Positions 8,565-18,774 of a stretch of 64,000 nt of DNA are shown here, piece after piece; positions within the stretch are counted from its first letter, which is position 1, and each line of letters opens with the position of its first letter. Below the pieces are notes generated by a model, which saw nothing but the letters and a program-made list of their open reading frames with translations, did no database searches and was not told the DNA's origin. The position numbers and the translations under genes were made by a program. Origin of the DNA: an uncultured Spirochaetota bacterium (GTDB lineage Bacteria > Spirochaetota > Spirochaetia > SZUA-6 > Fen-1364); the NCBI GenBank assembly GCA_963845535.1, contig CAWJSK010000013.1, positions 128,001-192,000 of the forward strand. The letters are read 5' to 3'.

Positions 8565-9599
8565 CTATTTGTTGATCCCTAGCTCCGCCAGGCTCACGGG
8601 AACCTTTATCGTTCCCGCAATAATGCCCTTCTTTGCCTTGGCCACGGCGTCTTTGACTTCCTGGGGAACGGTCGTGTCGAACTTGTGGAACGGCGCTATA
8701 TCGATAGCGTCCTCCGCCAGACCGTAGACGATGTTTTGCCCGCCTTTCAGCGTTCCGTCGGACAACGCCTTGATGGCCTTGTACGCGGAGATGGTGGTCC
8801 CCTTGAGCGCTGAGGTCAGCACGTAGTCAGGCGCGGCGGCGTACTGATCAACGTCCGCCCCGATGGCGAAAACATGGCGTTCCCGGGCGGCGTCTATCAC
8901 GCCCATGCCGGTCAAGCCCGCGATCTGCATGATGATGTCAGCCCCCTGGTCTACGAGGGCCATCGAGGCTTCCTTGCCCTTTGCCCGGTCCGCAAAAGTC
9001 CCGGTCACGATGTACCGCACGTCCACCGTGGGGTTCACGGACCTTGCCCCGGCAATATAGCCTGCCAGATAGCGTTCCACCGGCGGGATGTCCATCCCGA
9101 GCACCGCGCCAATGACGTTCTTGTCGTTCAGGAGCGGAGAGCGGCTGGAATACTTCTTGGTCATGTAGCCGGCAACGATTCCCGCCAGGTAGCCTGCTTC
9201 CTGCTCGCGGTAGGAGATGCCAATCAGGTTCGGCGGGATGTCGCCGCTGTAGTAATGGTCGATCCCGGCAAAGTACGTATCAGGATGGCTCTTCGCGGCT
9301 TCCTGGATCTGCTCGATCATGAGCGCTCCGACTCCGAACACGAGCTTGGCGCCGTCCTCCGCAAGACCGGAAAGGTTCGGGACATAGTCCGTCATGGCGT
9401 GGGCTTCCACCACCTTGATGGTGCACAAGCCCTCGGCTTCCGCCCTCTTCAGCCCGGCATAGACGCCGTCATTGAACGAGCCGTCTCCCAACCCGTTCGT
9501 GTCCGTGGTCATGGCGACCAGCGGCTTGGCGCTCTGCGCGCCAAGGGACACCGTCAGCGCCACGCCGATGATGAGCGCCAGAATGAGTGCACGTTTCAT
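8565..9599 (-). CDS. BMP family (PnrA/TmpC-like) nucleoside ABC substrate-binding protein
   Basis: GLGDGSFND, YREQEAGYLAG, GADIIMQIAGLTGMG, IGADVDQ, LTSALK; start ATG 9599 after GGAGG. Confidence 0.92.
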   Translation of the reverse strand: MKRALILALIIGVALTVSLGAQSAKPLVAMTTDTNGLGDGSFNDGVYAGLKRAEAEGLCTIKVVEAHAMTDYVPNLSGLAEDGAKLVFGVGALMIEQIQEAAKSHPDTYFAGIDHYYSGDIPPNLIGISYREQEAGYLAGIVAGYMTKKYSSRSPLLNDKNVIGAVLGMDIPPVERYLAGYIAGARSVNPTVDVRYIVTGTFADRAKGKEASMALVDQGADIIMQIAGLTGMGVIDAARERHVFAIGADVDQYAAAPDYVLTSALKGTTISAYKAIKALSDGTLKGGQNIVYGLAEDAIDIAPFHKFDTTVPQEVKDAVAKAKKGIIAGTIKVPVSLAELGINK

Positions 9600-9745
9600 C
9601 TGTGACCTCCCAAAGACCTGGATGTCTGGCCGCGCCAACTGCGGTATCCCCCACCGCGGTATCCCCGCAGTGCGGAAGCCCGGAAGGCGCGGTTATCGCA
9701 AATCCCACTCTCCAACGGAGAGATCGTTCCCAGAAGCTTGTTCCG

Positions 9746-10705
9746 TCATTCTCCCTCCCCCTCGATCGTGAAGTCCTTCCCCACGGCGGCGGGCGGGCGG
9801 GATCCGCGGACCAGCCCGGCAACCGCGGCTATTGTCGCCACATAGGGGAACACGAGGAATACCTCCGAGGGGACCTTGATGAGCCCTGCGCTTTGCACGC
9901 GAAGCTGCAGGGCGTCCACGAAGCCGAAGAAGAACGACGAGAGAAAGCACCCGAGGGGACGCCAGCCCCCTGCTATGTTCGCCGCCAGCGCTATGAAGCC
10001 GCGCCCGTTCGTCATGCCTTCGGTGAAGGAGTTGGAGTTTTCGATGGAAAGAAACGATCCAGCAATTCCGCACAGCAGTCCGGACATCAGCACGCCGAAG
10101 TACCGGATCCGCGCAACGGACCGCCCCAACGTTTCATACGCCATGGGATGCTCTCCCGAGGCCAGGACGGAAAGGCCGAGCCGCGTCCGGGCGAGTATCC
10201 ACCCCCACGCAATGACTGCAATCAAGGACAGGTACACGATGGGGGTCTGATTGAAGAAGGCCGGGCCCACGACGGGCAGGGAGCTGAGGAAAGGCAGGGC
10301 GTACTTGTAGTGGTGAAGCGTCACCGGCAGGGCGGGCGAGCTGCCCTGGATATGGTAGAAGACGTTCATGAAGTAGCGCGTGAAGCCGAAGGCGAGGATG
10401 TTCATGATGGCCCCGGCAACGACGTGATTGATGTGCAGCGTCACCGCGGCCCAGGCAAAGAGGAGGGAAAATGCCATGCCACCCGCAATCCCGCCCAGGA
10501 GCCCGAGCCATGGGCTGCCCGTGGCATAACCCACCGCCGCCGCGAAGAATGCTCCCATGAGCATGATCCCTTCCATGGCAATGTTGGTGACCCCGGTGCG
10601 CTCACAGACCATTGCGCCAAGAGAGGCCAGCGTCACCGGCGTTGAAAGCCGGATGGTGGCTTCGAGGAGCTGCGGCGTGAAGATGGTTGCCAGCGCCTGC
10701 ATCAT
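9746..10705 (-). CDS. Nucleoside ABC transporter permease (NupC/YufQ-like)
   Basis: CERTGVTNIAMEG, GEHP, GRGFIALAA, PYVATI, PAAVGK; ATGA overlap with the upstream gene. Confidence 0.92.
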   Translation of the reverse strand: MMQALATIFTPQLLEATIRLSTPVTLASLGAMVCERTGVTNIAMEGIMLMGAFFAAAVGYATGSPWLGLLGGIAGGMAFSLLFAWAAVTLHINHVVAGAIMNILAFGFTRYFMNVFYHIQGSSPALPVTLHHYKYALPFLSSLPVVGPAFFNQTPIVYLSLIAVIAWGWILARTRLGLSVLASGEHPMAYETLGRSVARIRYFGVLMSGLLCGIAGSFLSIENSNSFTEGMTNGRGFIALAANIAGGWRPLGCFLSSFFFGFVDALQLRVQSAGLIKVPSEVFLVFPYVATIAAVAGLVRGSRPPAAVGKDFTIEGEGE

Positions 10706-11937
10706 GCGGCGGCCTTCTTCCCCCGCAGCCGGGCGGACAGCCACGACCAGAGGTACTCCGAGAGCATGAGGACCAATATCACACCCTTGACGATCTCGAT
10801 GATTGCATTCGGGGTCTGCGCCGTGCGCGCCATGTACTGCCCGCCCGCGTCCAGCGTGCCCCAGAGGAGCGCTGCAAAGATGATGACCACCGGGTTGTTG
10901 CGGGCAAGGAGCGCCACGGATATCCCGTTCCAGCCATATCCCGCGCTGAGGTTCTGGTACATGCGGTGGTCGAGGCCGACAACCTGGACCACTCCCGAGA
11001 GCGCGGCCACCGCGCCTGAGATCAGGAGGCTTGCAACGGTGATCCGCGCAACGGAGATCCCCTGCATGCGCGCCGCGGTGGGATTGAAGCCCGTTGCCCT
11101 GATCTTGAATCCGAGGTTCGTCCGCGCAAGGAGGTATGACACGAGCAAGGCCAGCGCGATGGCAATCAGCACTCCGATGTGAAGGCGGTAGTTCGCCAGC
11201 GGCAGAAAGCTCTTGAAGACCGGAAGCTGGCTCTGCTGGAGGATGGTGTCCGTGGCGCCGGGGTGGTCGGTCATGGACGGGTCCCCACCATGTGCCCGGA
11301 TGAAGATGGGTGACAGCGTTGAGATGGCGTACGCGAACATCATGGTCGTAACCACCTCATGCGCCCCTGTTCGGACTTTGAGCCAGGCGGGGACGAGGTT
11401 TGCCATGGCTCCCGCCATTGCGCCGGCAACGAAGATGAGCGGCAGCTCAAGCGCGGCAGGCAGATGGAGGGAGAGCCCGAGCCAGGTCGCCACCATGACT
11501 CCCACGTAGTACTGGCCTTCAGCGCCGATGTTGAAAAGCCCCCCGTGAAAGGCGATGGCAACCGCCAGCGCGGTGAAGATGAGCGGCGTGGCGTTCAGCA
11601 CGGAAACGTACCAGTTCTTGACCAGCCCCCCGTAGAACAGCGCGCCGTACGATGAGACGGGGTCATGGCCCGTGGCTCCCATGATGGCAGCGCCAATGAG
11701 CAGCGCAAGGCAGAGGCCTTCCACCGGCATGGCGGCCTTTGCCAGGAGCACGCGCGCTCTGGCGCCGGCCTCCGCGGGGCCGAGGGAGAGGACGCGTTCC
11801 GCGGCCAGGACGCAGGCGGTCCCCAGGAGGAGCCACGCGCCCCAGGAATACGAGGCAAGGGAGAGCACAACCCCCGGCAGGGCCAGGAGCACGGCCGCTG
11901 AAATGAGGCCGATTCGGACCATCGTCTTTTTGGTCAC
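10702..11937 (-). CDS. Nucleoside ABC transporter permease (NupB/YufP-like)
   Basis: TPLIFTALAVA..GLFNIGAEGQ, HEVVTTMM, GFNPTAA, GYGWNGISVALLARNNP. Confidence 0.92.
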   Translation of the reverse strand: MTKKTMVRIGLISAAVLLALPGVVLSLASYSWGAWLLLGTACVLAAERVLSLGPAEAGARARVLLAKAAMPVEGLCLALLIGAAIMGATGHDPVSSYGALFYGGLVKNWYVSVLNATPLIFTALAVAIAFHGGLFNIGAEGQYYVGVMVATWLGLSLHLPAALELPLIFVAGAMAGAMANLVPAWLKVRTGAHEVVTTMMFAYAISTLSPIFIRAHGGDPSMTDHPGATDTILQQSQLPVFKSFLPLANYRLHIGVLIAIALALLVSYLLARTNLGFKIRATGFNPTAARMQGISVARITVASLLISGAVAALSGVVQVVGLDHRMYQNLSAGYGWNGISVALLARNNPVVIIFAALLWGTLDAGGQYMARTAQTPNAIIEIVKGVILVLMLSEYLWSWLSARLRGKKAAA

Positions 11938-13496
11938 GCGCGCGTCTCCGCAAGCCCGCGGATCATGTATTCCCCCACCTCGGCCTGCGTGGTTTGGGCA
12001 GCGGGCCTCTCAAAAACGACCCTCCCCCCATGCAGCACGGCAACCCGGTCGGACAGGTCGAAGATCTCCTCCAGCTCCATCGAGATGAGAAGTATGGCTG
12101 TCCCTTTGTCCCGCAGCTCGCGGATGCGCCCGTAGATGTATTCCGCGGCCCCGACATCCAGGCCCCGGGTGGGCTGGCAGACAAGGAGGAACGTCGGGTC
12201 CCGGGAAAACTCCCGCGCAAGGATGACCTTCTGCTGGTTGCCTCCCGACAGCGTGGAGGCCGCGGCCTCCGCGCTCGCGGCGCGGATGTCGAAGCGTTCC
12301 ATGAGCTTCTCACCGTGGCTGTGGACGGCGGAAAGATCCAGGAACCCGTTCCTGTTGAACGGGGGGAGGTCGCTCGCTCCCAGGAGCAGGTTCTCTTCTA
12401 TTGTGAGGGGAAGCACGAGCCCCGCGCCGCGCCTGTCCTGCGGCACGGTCCCCATTCCCGCGAGCATTCGCTTCTTCACGCTCCAGCGGCTGATGTCCTT
12501 CCCTTTGAAGACGAGGGTGCCGCGCTCGACCGGCGCAAGCCCTACCACCGCGTCTGCGAGCTCTTTCTGCCCATTGCCTTCCACGCCGGCCAGGCCGACG
12601 ATCTCCCCGGCACCGACGGCCAGGCTGCACCCCGTGAGAGCCAGAAACCCTCGGGAGCTTCGGACCTCGATCCTATCCGCGGTGAGGATTGGCCGCGGGG
12701 ATGACGCCGGGCCGGCGCGCCGCGAGCGGAGTGAAACTTCTCTTCCCACCATCAGGGAAGCCAATTCGGACGCTCCGACATCCGCCGTGCGTCTCTCTCC
12801 CGCCACGACTCCCCGCCGCAGGATGTAGACCCTGGCGGACAGATTTTTCACTTCATCGAGCTTGTGCGTGATGATGATGATGGACGTTCCGTGGGACGCA
12901 AGGCGCCTCAGGACGCCGAACAGCTCCTCCACCTCCCTGCCCGTGAGCACGCCAGTGGGCTCGTCGAGGATCAGGATCCGGGCGCTCCGGTACAAGGCCT
13001 TGAGGATTTCAACGCGCTGCTGCATGCCGACGGACAGGTCCTCGACGCGGGCATCCGGATCCACGCCGAGGTGGTAGCGCTCCGCCAGCTCCGCCACTTT
13101 CTTGCGCGCCTCGGCGTACCTGATGTGTCCCAGGCGCACCGGTTCGGCGCCGAGAATGATGTTCTGCGTGACGGTAAGAGTGGGCACGAGCATGAAATGC
13201 TGGTGAACCATCCCCAGGCCCTGCCGGATGGCCTCCCGAGGCGAGTCGAAGACTACCGGCCGGCCGTCGAGGAAGATCTGCCCGGCGCTGGGACGGTACA
13301 GGCCGAACAGAATGTTCATCAGGGTCGTCTTTCCGGCCCCGTTCTCTCCCAGGATGGCAACAATCTCTCCGCGCCCCAGCGTAATGGAGATGTCCTTGTT
13401 GGCAACCACGCGAGCAAATACTTTTGTCACCCCACGGGTTTCGAGGACGGGGGCGGATGCGCTCGACAGATCATTTCTGGCGGCAGGCGTTCTCAC
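11934..13496 (-). CDS. Nucleoside/sugar ABC transporter ATP-binding protein, two ATPase domains (NupA/YufO-like)
   Basis: GENGAGKT, VHQHFML, LSVGMQQRVEI, LDEPT, LSGGNQQK, QPTRGLD; likely GTG start at 13496 overlapping the upstream stop. Confidence 0.93.
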   Translation of the reverse strand: MRTPAARNDLSSASAPVLETRGVTKVFARVVANKDISITLGRGEIVAILGENGAGKTTLMNILFGLYRPSAGQIFLDGRPVVFDSPREAIRQGLGMVHQHFMLVPTLTVTQNIILGAEPVRLGHIRYAEARKKVAELAERYHLGVDPDARVEDLSVGMQQRVEILKALYRSARILILDEPTGVLTGREVEELFGVLRRLASHGTSIIIITHKLDEVKNLSARVYILRRGVVAGERRTADVGASELASLMVGREVSLRSRRAGPASSPRPILTADRIEVRSSRGFLALTGCSLAVGAGEIVGLAGVEGNGQKELADAVVGLAPVERGTLVFKGKDISRWSVKKRMLAGMGTVPQDRRGAGLVLPLTIEENLLLGASDLPPFNRNGFLDLSAVHSHGEKLMERFDIRAASAEAAASTLSGGNQQKVILAREFSRDPTFLLVCQPTRGLDVGAAEYIYGRIRELRDKGTAILLISMELEEIFDLSDRVAVLHGGRVVFERPAAQTTQAEVGEYMIRGLAETRA

Positions 13497-14551
13497 ATCC
13501 TGGCCCTGAGGTACTGGTTCGGCCACGGAGCCTGAGCCTTGAGCTCGAAAGCGGCGCGAAGCGGCCAGTACGGATCACGCAGGAGCTGGCGGGCCATGAC
13601 AATGAGGTCCGACTGGCCGGTTCGAAGGACGTGGTCCGCCTGCTGGGCCGAGGTGATCAAGCCGAGCGCGCCGGTGAGGATGCCCGCTTCGCGGCGGATG
13701 CGTTCCGCAAATCCGGTCTGATACCCCGGCCCCAAGGGAATGTCTGCTTTGGCGACGTTGCCTCCCGAGGAGCAGTCGATCAGGTCTACCCCCTCCGCTT
13801 TCAGGGTGCGCGCAAGCTCGACTGACTGTTCGATGTCCCAGCCTCCCTCCACCCAATCCGTTGCGGATACCCTGACGAAAAGCGGCAGACGCTCCGGCCA
13901 GACCTTCCGCACGGCGGCGGCAACCTCCCGCGTGAGCCTCATTCTGTTCTCAAGGGAACCGCCGTATTCGTCGGTCCTTCGGTTGGAGAGCGGGGAAAGG
14001 AACTGGTGCAGGAGGTATCCGTGCGCCGAATGGATCTCCAGGGCCTGGAAGCCGGCGGCAAGCGCCCTCCTGGCTGCCGCGGTGAAGTCCTCCACCACCT
14101 GGGAGACTCCCTGGCGCGACAGCTCCTCAGGCACCGTGTGATCCTGCGCAAAAGGGACCGGGCTCGGACCGACGGGCTTCCAACCGCCGCTTGACTCCGT
14201 CACCGGGGCGCCGCCGTCCCACGGCGCGGCAACAGAGGCCTTCCTGCCGGCGTGGGCAAGCTGCATGCCGGGGGCCGCTCCCTGGGACGCAACAAACCGC
14301 GCAATCCTCTCCAGCGCCGGTACGTGCTCGTCTTTCCAGATCCCCAGGTCCTGAGCGCTGATCCGCCCCAGCGGCGTGACGGCGGTGGCCTCCGTGAAGA
14401 CGAGCGCCGCCCCGCCAACCGCGCGGCTTCCCAGGTGAACGAGGTGCCAATCAGTTGCAAACCCGTCCTGGGACGAGTACTGGCACATGGGGGAGACACA
14501 AATCCTGTTTCGAAGCGTGACCGCTCGAACTGTCAAAGGTGTGAACAGCAT
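13493..14551 (-). CDS. NADH:flavin oxidoreductase / Old Yellow Enzyme (YqjM/XenA class)
   Basis: SPMCQYS, QLAHAGRKAS, HSAHGYLLHQFLSPLSNRRTDEYGGS, RDPYWP..PNQYLRA. Confidence 0.93.
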   Translation of the reverse strand: MLFTPLTVRAVTLRNRICVSPMCQYSSQDGFATDWHLVHLGSRAVGGAALVFTEATAVTPLGRISAQDLGIWKDEHVPALERIARFVASQGAAPGMQLAHAGRKASVAAPWDGGAPVTESSGGWKPVGPSPVPFAQDHTVPEELSRQGVSQVVEDFTAAARRALAAGFQALEIHSAHGYLLHQFLSPLSNRRTDEYGGSLENRMRLTREVAAAVRKVWPERLPLFVRVSATDWVEGGWDIEQSVELARTLKAEGVDLIDCSSGGNVAKADIPLGPGYQTGFAERIRREAGILTGALGLITSAQQADHVLRTGQSDLIVMARQLLRDPYWPLRAAFELKAQAPWPNQYLRARM

Positions 14552-14614
14552 ACCCTCAATGAAGCTCGATCAATCCGCTTTGCGCAAGCGGCGCCCGGGT
14601 CTGTTCGCGGGAAG

Positions 14615-15318
14615 CTACTTCTGCTTTTGGGCCGCTGCCGCGGTGAGTTTCTCCGCAAGGTCAGGAGCGATCTGCTCGTGCTTGAAGAACACGAACGCAT
14701 CCTCCCATCCCATGTCGGCGATTCGACGGGACCAGTCGGAGAGCTCCCCGGCTGGTACGCGGTCTTTCGGAGGCGCAGATAACCCCACGGGGCAGTGCGG
14801 ACCAGGGCGGGATCAGGCTCCTCATCGGTCTGGCTTGCCACCAGCGCCACGCCGTGCTTTTCCAGGAGCGCGTAGACCTGGGGGTCCAACCACGACTGAT
14901 TGCGGACTTCCAAAGCGGCGCGCATGCCCTTGGGAATCAGCGCAAGGAACGCGGCCAGGCGTTCGTCGTCACGGGCAAAGTTGGGGGGAATCTGGACGAG
15001 GAACGCGCCGAGCTTCGGCCCAAGCGTGCGCGCGCTTTCCATGAGGAACCCCGTCTCTTCCTCCACGCCCTTGAGGCGTTTGAAGTGAGTGATCTTCTGG
15101 GACACCTTGAGCACGAACCGGAAGCTCTCCGGCACCTGGGATGCCCACCCGTCCAGGAGCTTGATGGTTGGAAGGCGGTAAAACGTATTGTTGATTTCCA
15201 CGGTGCCAAGCCGCTCTGCATAGTACGACAGCATGTTGGCGGCCTTGAGGTCCTTCGGATAAAAAACGCCTTTCCATTCCTTGTAGCTGTAGCCGCTTGT
15301 CCCGATCCTTAGCGTCAC
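14615..15318 (-). CDS. DUF72 (YecE-like) protein with an apparent 1-nt frameshift near 14746-14749
   Basis: IGTSGYSYKEW, VEINNTFY, FVLKVSQKITH, LVQIPP, EVRNQSW, YLRLR. Restoring one G gives ELSDWSRRI..AFVFFKHE..stop at 14615. Confidence 0.85.
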
Positions 15319-15360
15319 AGAATGAAGATACTGAGGAAGCGCGGTGCCGTGGGCGCTATC

Positions 15361-16350
15361 TCAGATTCCGATCCTCTTCATGCCTTCAGCGCTATAGCGG
15401 TCTCCGGCGGCCACGCCCGGCGGCATTGCTTCACCCAATGTGGCCAACTCTTCAGGTGACAGTGAGACGTCCACTGCCGCAATATTGTCCAACAGGTATT
15501 TCTCATGCCGGGTGCCGGGAATGGGGATGATATCCTGGCGCTGGGACAGCACCCAGGCAAGCGCAAGCTGGGCCGTGGTGACCTTTTTCCGCTTTGCCAT
15601 GGCTTCCAGCTTTTCGACCAAGCGGAGGTTCTTCTCGAAGTTGCCGCCGCTCATGCGCGGGTTGACCCGCCGGAAGTCCTTCGCGTCGAATTGCGCGGGG
15701 TCCTTCAAGGCGCCCGTGAGGAAACCTCTCCCGAGAGGACTGTAGGCGACAAACGTGATCCCGAGCTCCTTGCAGGTTTCCTGGATTGGTCCTTCGGCGT
15801 CCCGGGACCACAAGGAGTATTCCGTCTGCAGCGCCGTAATGGGGTGTACGGCGTTTGCACGTTTAATGGTGGAAACGCCTGCCTCCGATAACCCGATGAA
15901 TCGCACTTTGCCCGCCTTCACGAGGGAGGCCATGGCTCCCACGGTATCCTCGATGGGAACATCGGAGTCGACTCTATGCTGATAGTAGAGATCGATGTGG
16001 TCGATCCCGAGCCGTCGAAGGCTCATGTCGCACGCCGAAGCCACGTACTCAGGCTTTCCGCAGATTCCAAGGGAGGCGCCGTCAATGCGGCGCACGTTGC
16101 CGAACTTCGTCGCAACCACCACCTTGTCGCGGTATCCGTCCCGGAGAGCCTGCGCAAGGAGCATTTCGTTGTGGCCGACGCCGTACATGTCCGCCGTGTC
16201 GAGAAAGCTCACGCCCAGATCGATCGCCTTGCGGATGAGGGCCACCGAGGCCGCATCGTCCGATTTCCCATAGAACTCGGACATGCCCATGCAGCCCAAC
16301 CCGATGGCGGAAACCTTGATCCCGCTTCGCCCGAGGCTCCGTTGTTTCAT
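15361..16350 (-). CDS. Aldo/keto reductase
   Basis: [58 protein letters not shown]; start ATG 16350. Confidence 0.94.
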   Translation of the reverse strand: MKQRSLGRSGIKVSAIGLGCMGMSEFYGKSDDAASVALIRKAIDLGVSFLDTADMYGVGHNEMLLAQALRDGYRDKVVVATKFGNVRRIDGASLGICGKPEYVASACDMSLRRLGIDHIDLYYQHRVDSDVPIEDTVGAMASLVKAGKVRFIGLSEAGVSTIKRANAVHPITALQTEYSLWSRDAEGPIQETCKELGITFVAYSPLGRGFLTGALKDPAQFDAKDFRRVNPRMSGGNFEKNLRLVEKLEAMAKRKKVTTAQLALAWVLSQRQDIIPIPGTRHEKYLLDNIAAVDVSLSPEELATLGEAMPPGVAAGDRYSAEGMKRIGI

Positions 16351-16424
16351 GGTAGAGAAAGTACCGGAAAGGGTAGCCGCGCGGCAACTTTGACATGCGG
16401 CGCTTGTCGCGCTAAGCATTTTTC

Positions 16425-16484
16425 TTGACAAGCGGCAACAGGCAGTGTTATGCTCTCTTTTACGTTACTGACGCGTGTTAGTAA
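16425..16484 (+). promoter_or_regulatory. Sigma70 promoter plus downstream palindromic operator (LacI-family-like) of the sugar ABC operon
   Basis: TTGACA 16425-16430, N18, TGnTATGCT (-10 at 16449-16454); TTACTGACGCGTGTTAGTAA at 16465-16484 is 16/20 self-complementary. Confidence 0.6.
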
Positions 16485-16516
16485 GATGCATCTCCCACAG
16501 GCCAGGAGGTTTTTCC

Positions 16517-17800
16517 ATGAGACGTAGCGTGATTTTCCTTATTCCGTTCCTGCTGCTGTCATTCCTTGCCACCACCGGCATTCAGCAGGCCGGCGCCCAG
16601 GCAAAGCCGGTCTCCATCCTGGCGACGTGGGGAGGAGACGAGGAAGCCGGGTTCCGCGCCGTCCTTGATGCGTCAAAGATCCCGTACAGCTACGAAGGCA
16701 ACCGCGACTCCACCATCATTTTGAAGTCCCGAGTGGCTGCAAATAACGCGCCGGACATTGCTTTCGTTCCCCGGCCTGGCGAAGTTGCCGCGTACGCCCG
16801 TCAGGGGTCCCTCATTGCGCTGAACCAGGGCATGGGTAATGACATCCTGTCCACCAAGCTTCTCACCACGAATTACGGCAAGGCGTGGATCGACCTGGGA
16901 ACGGTGGACGGCAAGTTCTACGGCCTGATTGCCAAGGCGAACTCGAAGAGCACGTTCTGGTACAAGCCGGCGTCGCTCCGGGCCATTGGTGCGTCCATCC
17001 CCCGGACGTGGGACCAGTTCATCGCGCTGGAGAACAAGTACATCGCCGCGGGCAAGACGCCCCTCTCCGTCGGCGCCAAGGATGGATGGACAATGACCGA
17101 CTGGTTCGAAAACGTCTACGTTCGCATGGTGGGGCCGGATCTCTACCAGAAGCTCCACGTGACCCACGAGGTGAAGTGGACGGATGACACCGTGGTTGCC
17201 GCTGTCCAGAAGATAATCCAGGCATTCACGCCGGAAGACAAGAAGCTCGCTGGCGGAGCCGAGGGGACCCTCTCCACGGGCTTCATAGACGCGTTCAACC
17301 TGGTCCTCAAGCCGGACGCGGCTGCTGAGATGTACTACGAGGGCGGTTTCATGGGCTCCTTTGCCGCGCAGAACTTCCCCAACCTGAAGCCCGGCAAAGA
17401 CTACGACTTCTTCATGTTTCCCTCCATTGACCCGAAGTGGGGAACCCCCGTCATGGGGGGCGGTGACCTGATGGTGGTGTTCGCGGACAATCCCCAGGTC
17501 ACCAGGCTGGTGCGATGGCTCGCGAGCAAGGAGGCCAACACAATCTGGGCGTCGGCCAAGAAAGGCTCCGTGGTGTCGCCGAACAAGCTCGTGAGCCTGT
17601 CAGTGTATCCCCCGCTGACTGCCAAAGAGGCGCGGCAGCTCACAACGAGCCCGATCTTCGTGTTCGATGGATCGGACCAGGCGCCGGCCGCCGTTGGAGG
17701 TGACGCTGAGTTCACGGCGTTCCAGCAGATCATCAAAGATCCCGATCATTACATGGACGCGCTGCAGCAGCTCGAGGACGTCGCGGCGCGCTCGTATTAG
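16517..17800 (+). CDS. Sugar ABC substrate-binding protein (AglE/alpha-glucoside-like)
   Basis: Signal peptide, PDIAFVPRPG, GTVDGKFYG..KANSKSTFWY, DGWTMTDWFEN, GGGDL, FDGSD; AGGAGG RBS. Confidence 0.9.
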   Translation: MRRSVIFLIPFLLLSFLATTGIQQAGAQAKPVSILATWGGDEEAGFRAVLDASKIPYSYEGNRDSTIILKSRVAANNAPDIAFVPRPGEVAAYARQGSLIALNQGMGNDILSTKLLTTNYGKAWIDLGTVDGKFYGLIAKANSKSTFWYKPASLRAIGASIPRTWDQFIALENKYIAAGKTPLSVGAKDGWTMTDWFENVYVRMVGPDLYQKLHVTHEVKWTDDTVVAAVQKIIQAFTPEDKKLAGGAEGTLSTGFIDAFNLVLKPDAAAEMYYEGGFMGSFAAQNFPNLKPGKDYDFFMFPSIDPKWGTPVMGGGDLMVVFADNPQVTRLVRWLASKEANTIWASAKKGSVVSPNKLVSLSVYPPLTAKEARQLTTSPIFVFDGSDQAPAAVGGDAEFTAFQQIIKDPDHYMDALQQLEDVAARSY

Positions 17801-17817
17801 TGGTGCATCAGACCGGA

Positions 17818-17846
17818 AGGGGCGGCTCGCGTCACGAACCGCCCCT
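17818..17846 (+). terminator. Intercistronic stem-loop after the SBP gene
   Basis: AGGGGCGG/CCGCCCCT stem between SBP and permease genes. Confidence 0.45.
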
Positions 17847-17866
17847 CTTCGTCCATGGGGGGAACC

Positions 17867-18774
17867 ATGAAAGATCGCGGAGCGCAGCTTCGGGCATGGC
17901 TCTTCGTGCTGCCCGCCCTGATTCTCCTGGCCGCATACCTCGTCTATCCGACCATCCAGACCTTCCGGGTAAGCCTTTTCGGCGGCACCGGTTTCAACCC
18001 GACGCGCTTTGTCGGTCTGAAGAACTATGCTGACCTTCTGACCCATGACTCCCTTTTCTTGAGCCTTCGGCATTGGCCGCCCTCAGGCGCCCTGGTGAAC
18101 AACATCCTGTGGCTGATCCTTTTTGCCGGTGGCACGGTGGCGTTCGGGCTGCTCATTGCCGTCCTGTCCAACGGGATACGGATGGAAAGGCTCGTGAAGT
18201 CCGCCGTCTTCCTCCCCATGGTCATTTCAGCAACGGCCGCCGCGGTCATCGCCAGGTTCCTGTTCAGCACCGACGCCTCTATTGGCGTGATCAATGCGCT
18301 GCTCAAGCTCGTGATTCCCGATTTCACCCCCATCGCCTGGCTGGGGATAGCGCGGGTGGTGAATTACGCCCTGATTGCCACGGGTGTCTGGATATGGACG
18401 GGCCTTTCCATGACGGTCCTGTCCGCGGCCTACAAATCCATTGACACCACGGTGCTGGAAGCAGCCCGGGTGGACGGCGCCACTCCCTGGAAGACTTTCT
18501 GGCGCATCAGCGTCCCCATGCTTGCCCAGCCCATCACGTTTGTCGCCATTACCATGATCATCAACAGCCTCAAGATGATCGACCTGGTGCTCGTCATGAC
18601 CTTCGGAGGGCCGGCGGAGCCAGCCGGGTGATCGGGTTCAGCTTCTACTGGGAAGTCTTCAACAACGACCTCGTTGGCTACGGGAGCGCCGTGGCAATAT
18701 TCATGCTCGTAACGCTGGTGCCGCTCATGTATGTCCAGGTGCGGCGGATCCGCAGGCAGGAGGCGGGCAGATGA
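17867..18774 (+). CDS. Carbohydrate ABC permease with an apparent 1-nt frameshift near 18611
   Basis: EAARVDGA loop. The track ORF stops at 18631; adding one base gives GGPGGASRVIGFSFYWEVFNNDLVGYGSAVAIFML..stop 18774, overlapping the next ATG (ATGA). Confidence 0.88.

Noticed and set aside
9641..9680. Degenerate type I-E CRISPR repeat (CGGTATCCCCGC)
   Set aside because: Only two 11-mers 15 bp apart; no spacers and no cas genes.
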